Part shown: in pieces, positions 38,816-51,880 of the stretch | Layout: each line of letters opens with the position of its first letter | How positions within the stretch are numbered: position 1 is the first letter of the stretch | NCBI GenBank assembly: GCA_028023455.1 | Contig: JAQFVV010000003.1 | Span: forward strand, 23,684,001 to 23,748,000 | Reading direction: 5' to 3' | Length of the DNA: 64,000 nucleotides | Source of the DNA: Epiperipatus broadwayi | Lineage: Eukaryota > Animalia > Onychophora | Program-made: the position numbers and the translations under genes | Notes under the pieces: model-generated | Database searches by the model: none | Seen by the model: only the letters and a program-made list of their open reading frames with translations | Told to the model about the DNA's origin: nothing

Positions 38816-39420
38816 TGCGACATGGAATACTTTATTAAAACAAAATATCTAATATTGAACATAATTAAAATTTAAAGTAGTCAGAATATATATATTATTA
38901 TCACTAGAGAACATGAACTCAGCACCCATTAATGTCTAATGTTTTCATCTTCACTTTTGTCTTTCTTTGACAAGAAGGCTAAGAAAATGCAATTTTGCTT
39001 CACGTCATTCTTTTTTGTCTTGTGCTTATATTATTTCATAGGATCTCCTTTTATTTCTGCTCTATGGAATAGTAACAATTAGAGTTTTTATTAGTATTTG
39101 TAGTCATTTCTTTGGCAGTATTGTATTTACTATTTTAAATTAGCAAAAAAAAAAAAAAATAATCATTTTTTATTTCAAACGTGATTTAGATAATGAAATT
39201 TAAACAATCTTATTGATATCTTCATAGATCTAAATGTAAATATATATATATTTTCAAAAAAAAAAAAAAATTAACTTACCTGCATGTAATAAAATGTAAT
39301 ATTTGTTTTAATATACAATGTTAATGTTGTTCACTGCTAGTTTCAATGGTCTCATTTTGCAAAAGTGTTGAATTTATCATGAAAACAAATTGTTCAATAG
39401 AGAATATGTAAAATTATGAT

Positions 39421-39720
39421 CATGGTCCAAATTTATCGCTACCTTTAATAGATTTTATTACTTGAGATACGCATTGTAACAGTCAAATCTGTACATTCGT
39501 GCAACAAAATCTAGGACTTTAGTAAATCATACCAAGGCTGACCAGCATAGAGCGGTGCAAACCACGTTGTCTGATATAGCCCCAATTCCTTTACTAACAC
39601 TCAAAGATTTACCACCTTGCGGATGACACATATGAAGCCACAGCAGCATTTTCCTTCATCACGTGCCGGCAGAAGAACATCGGTAAAGTACAAGACTACG
39701 AGAAATTGACTTACTAACTA
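39421..39720 (-). pseudogene. Divergent RNase H-like fragment (hepadna-like or DIRS-like)
   Basis: Minus-strand YFTDV, ISDNVVC and, after one frameshift, Y...PW motifs in RNase H order; CpG-richer than the flanks. Confidence 0.35.
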
Positions 39721-39930
39721 GTATAGCTATATAGATGATGTGTGTGGCAGAACATAATTATAAAATATGGATTGTGATTTTTTACTAATGATTAACTAAT
39801 CAATAAAGACTTACCAATGAGCAACATTGAGACATGAAACAAAAGTTAAATTCAAAACTAATTTAATGAAAACTAAATATTAAAATTAATAAATGAAAAT
39901 AATGATTATAACATGGCTATATAGGTTGTC

Positions 39931-40279
39931 TCACAAGCAGGTGACTAAGTTAGGCATACAATTTCACACTTGAGTTTGGGATTCACACGCAAGTGATGAC
40001 TGGGGTTATAATCATTTATGGTTTGCCTAGTTACATGTGGCTTTAATTTACATATACATATGTGACAATTTAAATCACTCGCAGGTGACAGTAATTATTT
40101 TGGTTACAAATTAGTTACATTACTAGATTTATTACAGATACATATATCACTCGTAGGTGATGATTTTAATAAGAGCATTTACTGTTTATATAGCAATTTC
40201 AATCACGCGCAGGTGATTGTAGTTTGAATTACAAATCATTTAATTTAGTTTGCTATATATAGATATCACTTGCAAGTGA
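39931..40279. repeat. Six TCAC-N6-GTGA motifs at the 3' end of retroelement copy 2
   Basis: At 39931, 39983, 40075, 40147, 40203 and 40266; consensus tcacNcgcaggtga. Confidence 0.85.
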
Positions 40280-41014
40280 TGAAGAAATTATACGTGTAAA
40301 ATTACATTTTCATGAGCCTTAAGATTACTTTATACATCGAGGTTAATTTGCTCATGACCATCTATGCCTAGTTTATGCTATATAACAGGGTCTAGATCCG
40401 CTCTAGAACTAGCAGAAGTGATTATAAACATTGACAAAGAGTATGACATTTTATTAAGCATGAATACTTAATATTCTCTATATAGCTTATGTGCTTATGA
40501 AATTAGACTCGAATTCAGATCAAAGCTGAAAATACAATTATTATGGCGGGATGAACTGATGATTGGCAGTCAGACTTCAGATACCATGGCGTATAGAAAA
40601 TATAAAGTTTGATATAGCACTTGCATCTTGAGAGTGCCTTTTTATGGGATTCTTACCCAGTAACGGTTCCCTTTTCACTGTATTCATTGCTGTGGAAATA
40701 AGAGACCTTTTAGTCCGGCGATCGAACAACTAATTAAACTATGGGAGTCTCATGCTTCATTTCTGAGGATGCAAAATGAGGTGGGATAGCCAACCTCCAT
40801 CTGGAAGAGATAGTTGTCTGAACTAAGAGAGTAATAGCATATCCCTTACATATACGACCATTAAAAATATGCACAGCAACAAATATATATATGCCGTAGC
40901 ATTTTTTAAAAACACACTCGCACCGCTGACTACATTATATAATAAAATTTTATGACGCTAAACACTAGTTTCTTCATGAAACTATCCTGTATCAGTTCAT
41001 TAAGTAGCATCTAT

Positions 41015-41915
41015 GGTAATACAGCATCGATTGATCCATGCCATAAGATGGTGCTGTTTCTATGCTAAAGCACATAAATATGCTGTTTACAAGGCCGCTC
41101 ATAGATCCTATGGCCTAGTAAACTGTTCAACCGCTAAGATGTTGAAGTGAACCCATTACCCCAACATCTCTAGTATGTTGAACATTATTAGCGACGAGTA
41201 TGCAAGACTCTCTATAGACATTACTCTTAACTATTGTACAGTGTATGATGTGAAGGTTTCTGTATTTTGAATGTCGAAAACTATATTATAATGTTTTTTT
41301 TTTTTTTTTTGGCTTCGATGTATTTTTTTTTATTTTTGTTCGTAAAAATTGTAACGATTTTCCAAACGCCCCTGGTTTCGTTGTCAGGGGTCAGAATTCA
41401 GTTAATGAGGAGTGTTAGTCACAATTTGCCAAAGTTCACGATCAAGTCGCGCACTTTCCGACACTTTTTCGAGATCAAAACATTTCAATGGCAGACTACA
41501 GAAGCAGATGCGGTGGCCTTTCTTCAACAGAGAAATATTCTCCTCACCCAGAAGAACTGCCTTTGTGGTAGTTTAATGAAAGTAAAAAGCCAAAAAAAAG
41601 TAAAAAAGTTACTTTAAAAAAAAAAAAAGACCGTAATCCAATTTTGTTAAACAACAACTTTTACAAAAAAAATAAAGAAAAAAAAGGTTTTACAAAACGT
41701 ATTAAAAAAAAATATTTTAAAATCAATTTATTTATTTAAAAAAAAAAAAAAGAAAATATGGTCCAAAAAAAAAAAAATCCAAACTAAAAAAAAAAAAACC
41801 CACGATAACATTACAAAATAATAATAATCAAATCAGCCCGGTAATGTTATATCTATTCGTTTTTCACTAGCAACAGCACCATCTTATGGCGTGGATCAAT
41901 CGATGCTGTATTACT
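41015..41915 (+). mobile_element. Merlin (IS1595-like) DNA transposon, internally deleted
   Basis: 44-bp TIRs (g/a)gtaatacagcatcgattgatccaYgccataagatggtgctgtt; exact 8-bp TSD gcatctat (41007-41014, 41916-41923); transposase N-terminal remnant. Confidence 0.8.
41405..41617 (+). pseudogene. Merlin transposase N-terminal fragment
   Basis: EADAVAFLQQRNILLTQKNCLCGSLMK resembles the Merlin N-terminal A..FLQ..IL...C.CG..M zinc-ribbon start; it runs into poly(A)-rich DNA. Confidence 0.6.
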
Positions 41916-42420
41916 GCATCTATAATTATGCTATTAAGGAAAACTTAGGAATCTAATTTCTAAAGCTATCTATATAGGGATTTATAACTTTAGGAGGAGT
42001 ACAGCACATTATGGAGCATTACGATATAAAGTTATAGCTTTATGCTGTATTTCAATCACTCCGGATAAACATTAGTTAAATATTATCTCGAAAGCGAATC
42101 TATCTTAAAACAGCTGTAAGCTTTTAATTATCTTTTAAACAAGATATTTTACCCCTTTCAAAATGAGTTTCTTTTGAGCGTTCTGAACAAATACAGCATA
42201 AAGCACGACACAATGGAAAATCATAAAATTTGGCATAGATTTACTTAGAAAGAAATGTCAGTTTAAAGAGCAGATATCACGTAAGTGAAATCTGAAATTT
42301 TGCTGTTTTAGCATAGTTTGAAAAGGAAATTGCAACGCAATTAGTTTATATCTGAGCGACCCAGTTCATGCCTGTTTAAGTTGTGTACAAGAATTAATCA
42401 AGGCTAATATTATTATTATA

Positions 42421-42936
42421 TTAAAATATGTAAAAGCACATATCATTAAGTTAAAATATGTAAAATCAAATATCACTAAGTTAAAATATGTAAAATAATC
42501 TAGAAACTTAATTATCATTTTAGAATGAAGCATTTAAAACTATACCCATTTTAGAATAAAGCATTTAAAACTATACGTAACGAAATTTATGATAATTAAT
42601 TTAAAATCAATCATTTTAAAGCAAGTAACAACTAAATAACTCAGAAACTGTAAATACATTGAACTAGATGAATCAGAGATAAATCAGCAAACCAACAAAT
42701 AAAGTAATAATACATGGAGTACGTAAATCAATAAATAAGATATTAACTCAGTATGAAAATCAAATCTGTTATTAAATCAAATCAGGCAAGATTTTAAGAT
42801 CAAAACAAAAGAAATCAAAATTACATTTTAGTATTGATTTTAAGACTAAAATAAAGAAATCAAAATTACATTTTAGTGGTGGTTTTAAGATTAAAAATAA
42901 AGAAATCAAAATTACATTTTAGTAGTGGATTTAAAG
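42421..42936. repeat. Cluster of AT-rich local tandem duplications (30 bp x2.5, 31 bp x2, ~45 bp x3)
   Basis: ttaaaatatgtaaaa.. (42421-42496), attttagaat.aagcatttaaaactatac (42516-42576), aaagaaatcaaaattacattttagt.. (42807-42936). Confidence 0.85.
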
Positions 42937-43252
42937 TACATTATTGCTATGGCCATAGAGTTTAGATTTAGCTAGCTTTAGGAATTATCACATTTTAGTT
43001 GAGTTATTAATTTTAAGTAGAGGAAGGTTTTTTTTACCGGCTCTTTGTCTGCTGGCAATTGTTTCATATTGAAAGGCTCTGTCAATCGGCATCTGCTCCA
43101 TCACATGGCTTCTTCTCTTGCTGCTTTCCGCATGGTAGACTTCCCGGGTTAGGAAGGCAAGAAAATGCCTTCCACTCAGACTGCATTATAATTAACAATT
43201 TTCAAACATAAGTTGTCAATGAATTGACTTGAAATAATGTCCGAATAAATCC

Positions 43253-43296
43253 AAAATGGCTGCAGAGGCTTATATTATCAGCTTACCCCCCCTCTT
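43253..43296 (-). promoter_or_regulatory. Candidate promoter module of retroelement copy 2
   Basis: Reverse complement gaggggggg..gataatataagcctctgcagccatttt; same motif order as 5859-5912. Confidence 0.3.
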
Positions 43297-44487
43297 CTCG
43301 GTCATAGTAAGTTTTTAGATTTGTTTTGCTAATTTTCTCGCTGTATTCCTAGAATCGTAGAATCACGCTGTTTTTTATTTCTTACAGGTTGTCATCCATG
43401 ATTTCTTTCTAATTACTCAGGATAATTTATTCTACAACTTAGTGTTACTTTTAATTTTGTAATTAGGTCACACTACAGCGAGAAAGATTAAGTTTATAAT
43501 ATCATTTTTTTCGAAAACAAATCTACAGATGGAAAACATCTGGTTATATATGTAACTCGATTAATTTAATTTAGCGATATATGCAGAACTATATAATTTA
43601 AAATATTACTTTTTTAGAATAAATATTTTAAGTAAAGAAATTTATAATGTTTTAAATATGTTAACATTATTCTTTCCTGCATATATTTAGTCTCGTGTTA
43701 CACATACAACGCAATTTCTATTTATTTACTCCTAGAAATATATGTGTGTGTATATATGGGTTTTTTACATATACAGATACACCTTTTGTCTTGTAGGTTT
43801 AAGATATATGCACGCATACATAACTAATACCTTTATGTTTAAATTCAGCCTGATTTTAATACAATATTAACCTGCTATATGAGGATTTGGTGATAGATGC
43901 ATAGACAGAAATACTACTATAGTATATAGTAGGTGAAACAGAATGATTGTCAAAGCTGACTGTTTCAACATTAAATCAAGATTTTTTTTTCAATCAAGCT
44001 GATGATGCAAACAAATTTTTCTTTGTAAATTCAATAATAAAGCTGAATGTAATCTATCTAAATGTTATTGGGATCTCATCAATTATTTCAGAACTACACA
44101 TGATCAGCATGCCTTTGCCTTTCAGAGTTGTAGAAAACACAAATCATGAAATTACATATTTGATGAAGATTCAGTCTATATGTATAGTGTGAAATTGCTT
44201 ATTAATTCTTATAAATCTATCTCCTAGTTAACATTTTTACAGATTTAATTATATTGTTAGGGAATAAATAAATAAAATAATTTACATGCTAATTAAATAA
44301 ATACTAGACAAAACACCTGTAGTATATTTTATTAACAATAAATATTGTAATTTAAAGTGGCACTTTATGGTTAACAGTGGAGTCATGAAATGTTCTGTGA
44401 GAAGGCAGGGCATTTCTTTCAAAATCTGTCCAAACTTAATCTAGTTCAATTGCTTGCATTAAACATCAAATGTAGTTTAGATATTTT

Positions 44488-45258
44488 AAAATAAACTAAG
44501 AGAGTGCAAACCTCTCAAGCATTTGGCCAATCAGATCCCAATACTGGGACAGAGAATTTAATAAGAAAAGAGCGGATTTCACTCTTTTCTTTACTTGTCT
44601 GTCTATATATCCAAGCCAGTCCAAAGTACTTAGATGTGCCAGTGTGAATCTTAAATATCTTCACACTCAACTCACCGAGTTCTAATTATAAACATGCTGT
44701 ATGTTTATAATTAGAACTCGGTGAGTTGAGTGTGAAGATATTTAAGATTCACACTGGCAGTTCTAAGTACTTTGGACTGGCTTGGATATATAGACAGACA
44801 AGTAAAGAAAAGAGTGAAATCCATTCTTTTCTTATTAAATTCTCTGTCCCAGTATTGCGATCTGATTGGCAAAATGCTTGAGAGGTTTGCACTCTCTCAG
44901 TTTATTTCAATACCGTCTGCGTTTGTAGAAAATAAAATATTATTTACATATATTGCTGCAAGTTATAGCATCTAAAAACTACTGCATAGTAAATCGAAAG
45001 ATTTCATGCTGTATGTTTCTAATTAGAACTCTGTGAGTTGAGTGTGAAGATATTTAAGATTCACACTGGCAGATCTAAGTACTTTGGACTGGCTTGGATA
45101 TATAGACAGACAAGTAAAGAAAAGAGTGGAATCCGCTCTTTTCTTATTAAATTCTCTGTCCCAGTATTGCGATCTGATTGGCCAAATGCTTGAGAGGTTT
45201 GCACTCTCTCAGTTTATTTCAATACCGTCTGCATTTGTAGAAAATAAAATATTATTTA
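44488..45258. mobile_element. Family D: inverted partial copy plus 1.8 tandem copies of a 312-bp unit (Penelope pLTR-like architecture, no HHR)
   Basis: 44488-44695 is the reverse complement of the unit start; units are 44693-45004 and 45005-45258 (period 312), near-identical. Confidence 0.85.
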
Positions 45259-45840
45259 GATATTTTAGTGTTTCCCATAATGTCACATGTAGCCTTTTTC
45301 ACAGCCTTAGTGTTTAAGTATTGTCACTCCCATAATTTTCATTCTTAATTGTTGGAGAAATTGCCATAAATTATGTTTTATAACTGATCACAATATCCAT
45401 AACTAAGAAGTATTTTTAGATTGCAAAATCGGATTTTAATAGCTTATTTACTACAGTAGATTAATAAGTTGATTATAATTTCCATTCTATCACTAGTGAT
45501 AATTCTGTGGTTAATTACTTAGAAGATCATGTGAAATTCCAGCATCAAAATAAGAAATTGAATAAATCTCTATTCACTTTGCCATATTGATATTTTTAAA
45601 AAAAATTTCTTCATCTGAGAATCATTCCAGGAGCTTCTAATACTTGAATCAGATACTCTATCATTGCACAGAGCAATTTGATGTTATGAATATATAAATG
45701 GAATCAAAGGCAATTGTCACGTGATGACTTGAGTTGGCTGACATGATTCATGTTGAATGCATTTTGGGAGTCATGCACATTTTCTTCTACGTGTAATCAT
45801 ATGTTTAAAAAAAGTGACATATTTATAGCAAAAAAATAAA

Positions 45841-46250
45841 ATTACAAAGAAAGCAAGTCATATGTCACATGATATAATTTAACAAGCTATTAAGGTTTTG
45901 GTGATTTTATATTGCTAAAGCTATTAATATATGGTATATCTGAACTTGTTTCAGTCCCATATGGCTATTTAAGTTAGATAGCTGGATTGGAAGACATATG
46001 AATGTCTGAAAATTTTGGATTTTCTATTTAATAGTTATCCATTAGATAAAGTGCTGAGCTTGTCCTAGTATTTTTAATCTAATGTTTGAATATCCTAGCA
46101 CCTCACTGAGGAAGCCAGTAGCAGAAACCGGTCTGGGTTGCAGATAGTCTGCAAAGTTTGTTAAGAGCTTATTTGCAAGCTCTTTATATAACATTTGTAA
46201 TACAAGCTTGTTAAATTAGACCATGTGACATATGACTTGATTTCTTTGTA
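45841..46250 (+). mobile_element. Family B element with an inverted copy of its 3' end at the 5' side
   Basis: caagtcatatgtcacatg..aatttaacaagct at the start is the reverse complement of 46205-46245; the body matches 26590-26947. Confidence 0.85.
46101..46138 (+). ncRNA. Hammerhead motif (family B, intact core)
   Basis: cctca CTGAGGA a gc cagta gc a GAAAC CG GTC tggg; palindrome ACCGGT. Confidence 0.75.
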
Positions 46251-48115
46251 AGAGTAAATTTTACTTGGGAACAGATAAATTTAACACAATGTTAATATGT
46301 AAACTAAAAGAGAAAAATAACACTCATTTTAAACAAAATGATCATACTATAATAATGACAAAGTTTCAATATATATCTAAAGATTAATGGCATGCTTATC
46401 AGACTTTTGTGAAACTGGGGCAAAATAAATGTACTGCAAAAGATCAGATCTGTTTGAATGTCACATGATAAAAATATTGGGAATTTTTTTTTGACTAAAA
46501 TTAAGAATTTTAAAATAAATTATTTGCACAAAGGCTATTATTATAAGTTTAAAAATGAATAAAAACTGATGACAAGATATTCATAGTTCTTCTAATTCAT
46601 TCTATTAGTAGACAGTGTCCATCCAGTCTCTGATAAAATTTTTCGTTGTCAAATTAAGTTCCTATGCGATGAATATATTTTACTTTTAGTATCATTATGT
46701 TGAATGAATTTAAGAATTATGTCAAACTTAAGATGCTTTAAGACAGTAGTATTACCATTAAGATCAGGATCAACGATAACAATATTAAGAGATTATGGAG
46801 ATGGGACGTGATTTGATGACATTTTCTACATAATCATACAGAATTAAATAACTTTTTTCACTTGTATTCAAACTCATAAAGAGTTGCAGCTGAGATTGTA
46901 AGTGATAAAAGTAACTAGATGAATAAATTGGAGAAATATTTAGACTGTAAATTGTTTTTTCTTCAAGGGAATTTTGATAAATTAGTATAGATAATTGTTA
47001 GTGGTTACAATGAACATTGCACAAATATAGATTGTGTAAATATATTTCCTGCTGTAAATAAAGAAATATAGATCCTATTTTGGCAAAAAAATCAATCTTG
47101 TAAATTTGTTAATAAACATGTTAATCTATTTGTTTTTATGCATCTATTAGTACAAACATATATTTTAAATATAACAATGATAATGATGTATGTGCTTATT
47201 ATCATTTAGATTTCAAATCTAAAATACTATAAGAGATATATTCAGCAAACAAACAATGAAATTTTAAATTTTGTGAGAACAAACCTAATGCATCATTAAT
47301 CAGAGCCCCTATTGTAAGTTTTATTTATAGTCACAGTTTCTAATATTTCAGTTTATATTTTGCAGTCATACTATGAATATGTTACTCTAGTGGTGGAAAA
47401 AATAATAATACAATTAATGACTAGCTTAGTGGGGTTAATTAAGTGGTAGAATGATGGACTTAAGAATTAAAAGTTTCTGAGTTGAAACTCAACCTATTAC
47501 TTTCAATGCTTAAACACCACATGATCTTTATTTGCTGTAAAATTTAAAAAAAAACCTTACTGTTTATTCATTACATTTAAATTGTAAAAAAAATAATTCT
47601 TTATTGTTTTTTTATTATAAGCCATTTATAGTTTATATTGATCTTGATCAAAAACACTTCATCATTGATTTAATTGGGTAATGGTATATTATGACCAATT
47701 GCTAACACTTGATTGTTGTAAAGATATAATGGGTAAACAACAGTATAATGAAACCAAATGATAATAGTTTATCATTGTTAGTGATAGTTTACTATTTGTT
47801 GTCACCCTCTTAAATTATTCTAGCATTTCAATTTTAAAACTTATGAAAAAACTAAAATACTGAAAAATTTAAGTATTTTTGGTTTTGATTGGATTCTACT
47901 TTTATATACTAAATCATAAGTATTCCATTTTATTAGATATTAGGGTATTATAGTCAAGTAATAATCAAAGTGATTTACCTGCATTAAACCTGGAACATCA
48001 AAGTAAACTAAATGATCAGATTAAGACTGATATATTAGGAAAGGATAAAAAAATGTTGATAAGGAGTTATGTAACAATCTATGAAATTAACAGAGAATAT
48101 CATCAAGAATAATTT

Positions 48116-48116
<1 letters not shown>

Positions 48117-48146
<30 letters not shown>
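48117..48146. repeat. (GT)15 microsatellite
   Basis: Direct inspection. Confidence 0.95.
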
Positions 48147-48151
<5 letters not shown>

Positions 48152-51100
48152 CAAAAAGTTTCTGGTTCTGAACCTGATCTTCTAATCTTAATCTGGTTTG
48201 ATTGAGCCATAGCTTTTCTGCACATTACTTCAGCCAACTATTTTATTATCCATTTATCTTTTTTATTCTTTCAATGACCTTAATGATACAAATTTATAAT
48301 TCATTTTTTCTGTCTTTATTAATTTCAGCACACACCTTTCCATACTCAACTGATTCCATTGTATGTATTGACATCTCTGTATTGCTTTTTTAAAATAAAT
48401 ATCAGTCTCATATCCATATGTAAGTACTGGTAAACATGTTAAAAATGTTCTTGTTTTTTCAAAACATAGGCATGTTTTTATATGCTTTTATTTAATTTTT
48501 TTTTTTTTTATCTGTCAATCTATCTGCGAATTCTTGTAAGTCAATTTTCATCTACTTTCCAATTTTTGATCTAGTTCAAACAATATATTTTTATTTAGAG
48601 TTTGTAAAAGATTTCAGCATAATAATTAGCTAAAAATGTCAATTTTTAATTTTATATAAAATTCACTAATTTTTATGATATTACCATCTAGTGTTATAAT
48701 GTTCTATTTAAACTTTCTTCATTTCATATAAAACTAAAAAAACAGAAAATAAAAATATATTTATTTAGACAAATGCATTAAAAAGTAAAAAATATGCAAA
48801 GAAGTAAAAAAGTAATATATATTAAGGCTATAACCTTAAGACTATGCGCCTAGATGCGACAGTAGGGACCTCTATAAATCTTAACACAAGATTAATGACT
48901 TTAAAAGACAAGAGTGGCCATTCTTATCTTCGACCTATTTTCTAATTATATAGGTGAATCTAAAGCATTTTGTTTTGAGAGTGTGAAGCTATTAACTACT
49001 TCACTGATTAAGTCCACAATTTCTATACAAATTAACATACACAAAATCTTTCATTTTACAGTGAGTCAGTGTAAAGTTCTTATAATTAGAAATCCTATAA
49101 AACAAAATAATTTTTTGTAAGCCTACATAAATAAAAGAATGTGATGATTATGTTTAGAATTTCCATTGAATCATTTAAGTAAAATTGCAATTAACAACTA
49201 CTTTGAAAAGATTGGCATTGTTACTAAAAAAAAAATGGATCAGATACCAAAACTATGTCATCCTAGTTTACACAATAATATATTTTTAGTTTATGTAAAA
49301 TTGTTTAAATAAATTTTAAACATAATTTGAATTAAGAGTTAGATTGAAAATAATTACCCAAATTATTACTACTAATACCCCCCCCCCTTTATTGTTTATT
49401 CATAGCATACATTTAAACATTAAACAGCTTTATACCAGATAAATTTAGAAATGCAGCATTAGTCATTTTTCTTGGGTTTTATCAATCAGTAGTCAAGACC
49501 TCAATGTATTCCCATATTATTAGTTTACCTTTTATATTAATTGTTTTAGCTTATATTGCTTCAAGATTAACACTTTCAGATTATAGTATTATACTCATAG
49601 TAAGGTAAAACAACTTTTAGATAGCTTACTTCAGAACAAAATCCTTTTAATAGCCTTTTATCAAGAAACTGAAGAAAAAATCAGTGCCCACCATGGGATT
49701 ATCATTTTTCTGTATTTTTTTTTTTTTTACTGTTGAGATAAGAACTAATTACTCATTTATTGACCAATATTGTTTGATTTTCTGGATCGGTTATCTGAAA
49801 GAAAAAGTTTAATCCTTTTGAAAAAAAAAATTACTCAGTCTGGATTTGAATCTATGTCACAGGGAATAGCAGGCAGATGCGTATAAACTTCTTTCTGTAC
49901 AAACATATATGCTACACCTACATTGCTTGTAAATTAATTTCTTATATTTCCACCCCCCCCCCCAAGTAAATGAACTTTAATAACAAATTTGGTTATTGTC
50001 AATTCTTAACATTGTTTACCCTTACCAGTCTTTGGAATTCCTTGGAATACCTTGGATTCATGACTATTTCTACCACTTTTATTTGTATGGTAATCCTCTT
50101 GAAATCTGCTTTATCTCTGACTACTTATTTCATGTTATACCACTCCTGTATACATTTTCTGTGATGACTCTCCTATCTTGTGACATTTGTAGCTTTTTAT
50201 ATAGAAAGGTAGACTTAAATACCCTGAGTGTTGCCACTACATTTAGCAAGTTAAAAGATAGAGTATTTTGTCATATTCATGCTGTTATTATAATTAAATT
50301 AGTTATATATATATATAAGGCTTTTATTTTATCAATTTTTTATTATTTCTTGATGTAAAGTAAAGGCACTATAAAAAGTTTATACAGGGGCACTCTGTAA
50401 CTTATTTGGTATATTCTTCATCTTGCTGGTTATGATAGTATTGGATCTATTTTTAAATCATTAATGTATTGGCACATAAAATGAATGAATAATAATAGTC
50501 TTCCTAAAATATTTTATAAGGAATTTGATTATGGTTTATGAAAAAAAAAATAGATAATGGATATATATTATAAAGAATGTCTCAAAAGATGTTCTAAAGC
50601 CAAGATTCATGAAGCTTAATGGTTAATGTGTTTCCCTCACCATATCTTTGACCTAGAGTATGAGAGTATTTTTTATATCACAACAGGTATAGGATTTTGC
50701 TCAATGCTTACTCAACTAGTTATTTAATAATAATTGATAAGAGGATATTTAAATATTTTTAGCTTGATAGTGAAAATCCTAAATTAATTGACATTAGTTA
50801 GATAAGTGTTGATGCACTGACTAAAAATTAAAAAAAATACTATTATAATATGATGTAGTCTTCAGCACTGGTGAAGAAAGTGCCATACTTGTATGGATAT
50901 TGAGTTCATAATTATTTTTATGTTGCAAATTAAAAAAAATGCAACATTGATTGCTTTCACTGGAAGAAAATAGGTGGAATAGGACAGATAAGGCATTGAA
51001 GTCTTTCAAAAAATAAACTTTGCTATTGATAAAATTGAAAGTCTGATCATAAAAACAGATTAAAAGGTGTTATTGTAGTTCAGAGATTGGTTTGTATTGT

Positions 51101-51880
51101 CATTGCAAGATTCATACTTACTGTATATATCTATAGTTTTTCATTTGGATTTGATATTGGCTTACTCATTTATGTTAGTCATTGTTGTAATCCACATTTC
51201 TTTGATTATTCAGTTTCTGTTTTGCCTTTGTGTGATTTTAAGCCCTTGGTATTTCTAATATTGTCATTTTCCTATCCTTTGGTAGGGATAAGTTTTGAGA
51301 ATGACAAGAATTGAACTGTATTGCTTAGACCATTTGAAATGGCATTATGTTATACTACTTCACTTTATGGTGATGAATCTTATTGCTTAGTTTATGTTGA
51401 AAGTAGATTTTTCAAATAATGGCCAACATTTTCAGCATGAAAAGGTAATGAGTTAAATTATTTTAGATAAAAATATGTGTATATATATATATAAATAACT
51501 TTTTTAAAAACCCACATAAATGTAGAATAATTTTAAATTATGTTTATTTCTTAACCTGTCAGCTATAAAAATTTATGAACTTTCAATCAGCAATGTTTGT
51601 TGACCAAATGTTATCTCTTAAAAGTTTGCAAAATTTCTATAGATCATGTAAATTAATAGAAACTAGAAAAACTAAGGAGAACAATAAGTCTAAGACAAAT
51701 AATGATAACCATTTAAAAAATAAGGAAAAAAAGAAATTTCAACATCTGAAATAATTATTACTTTATTGTTTGTTCATAATTTCTAATTTATCATGAACTA
51801 AATATTAATTATATCTTCAGTTATAATTTCTTTGTATTCCTCACAAAATTATTTTTTTAACCATGTATAATATGTCTTAC

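Larger units (their letters stand above)
39770..43560 (-). mobile_element. Degenerate compact RT-RNase H retroelement, copy 2, interrupted by a Merlin transposon
   Basis: Collinear shared blocks with copy 1 (actcg.att..gat.caaagc.ga, ggaac.gttact.ggtaa, tcagttcat, taggaatct.attt, tatgctgtat, ttagctagcttt, aaatggc...tata, actcaggata). SSDN motif at ~40815-40825. Confidence 0.55.

Noticed and set aside
39500-39640. APLYAGQPWYDLL read as the DIRS post-RNase H motif, or plus-strand HVP.E as Gypsy RNase H
   Set aside because: These are alternative short matches without supporting flanking motifs. They are kept only as caveats to the hepadna-like reading.
41001-41025. IDAT as the hepadnaviral ADATP RNase H motif
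   Set aside because: It overlaps the Merlin TSD junction and is not conserved in copy 1 (TKYT), so I did not use it as evidence.
41960-41990. YIDSF as the RT catalytic YxDD
   Set aside because: Alignment to copy 1 places it downstream of the RT core, in the connection region, and the motif is not conserved there.
44762-44860. Twister or hammerhead ribozyme in family D
   Set aside because: Only ccaagcc resembles twister, and the pseudoknot partners and UAA motif context are absent. The stem I/II-like topology lacks the hammerhead core nucleotides.
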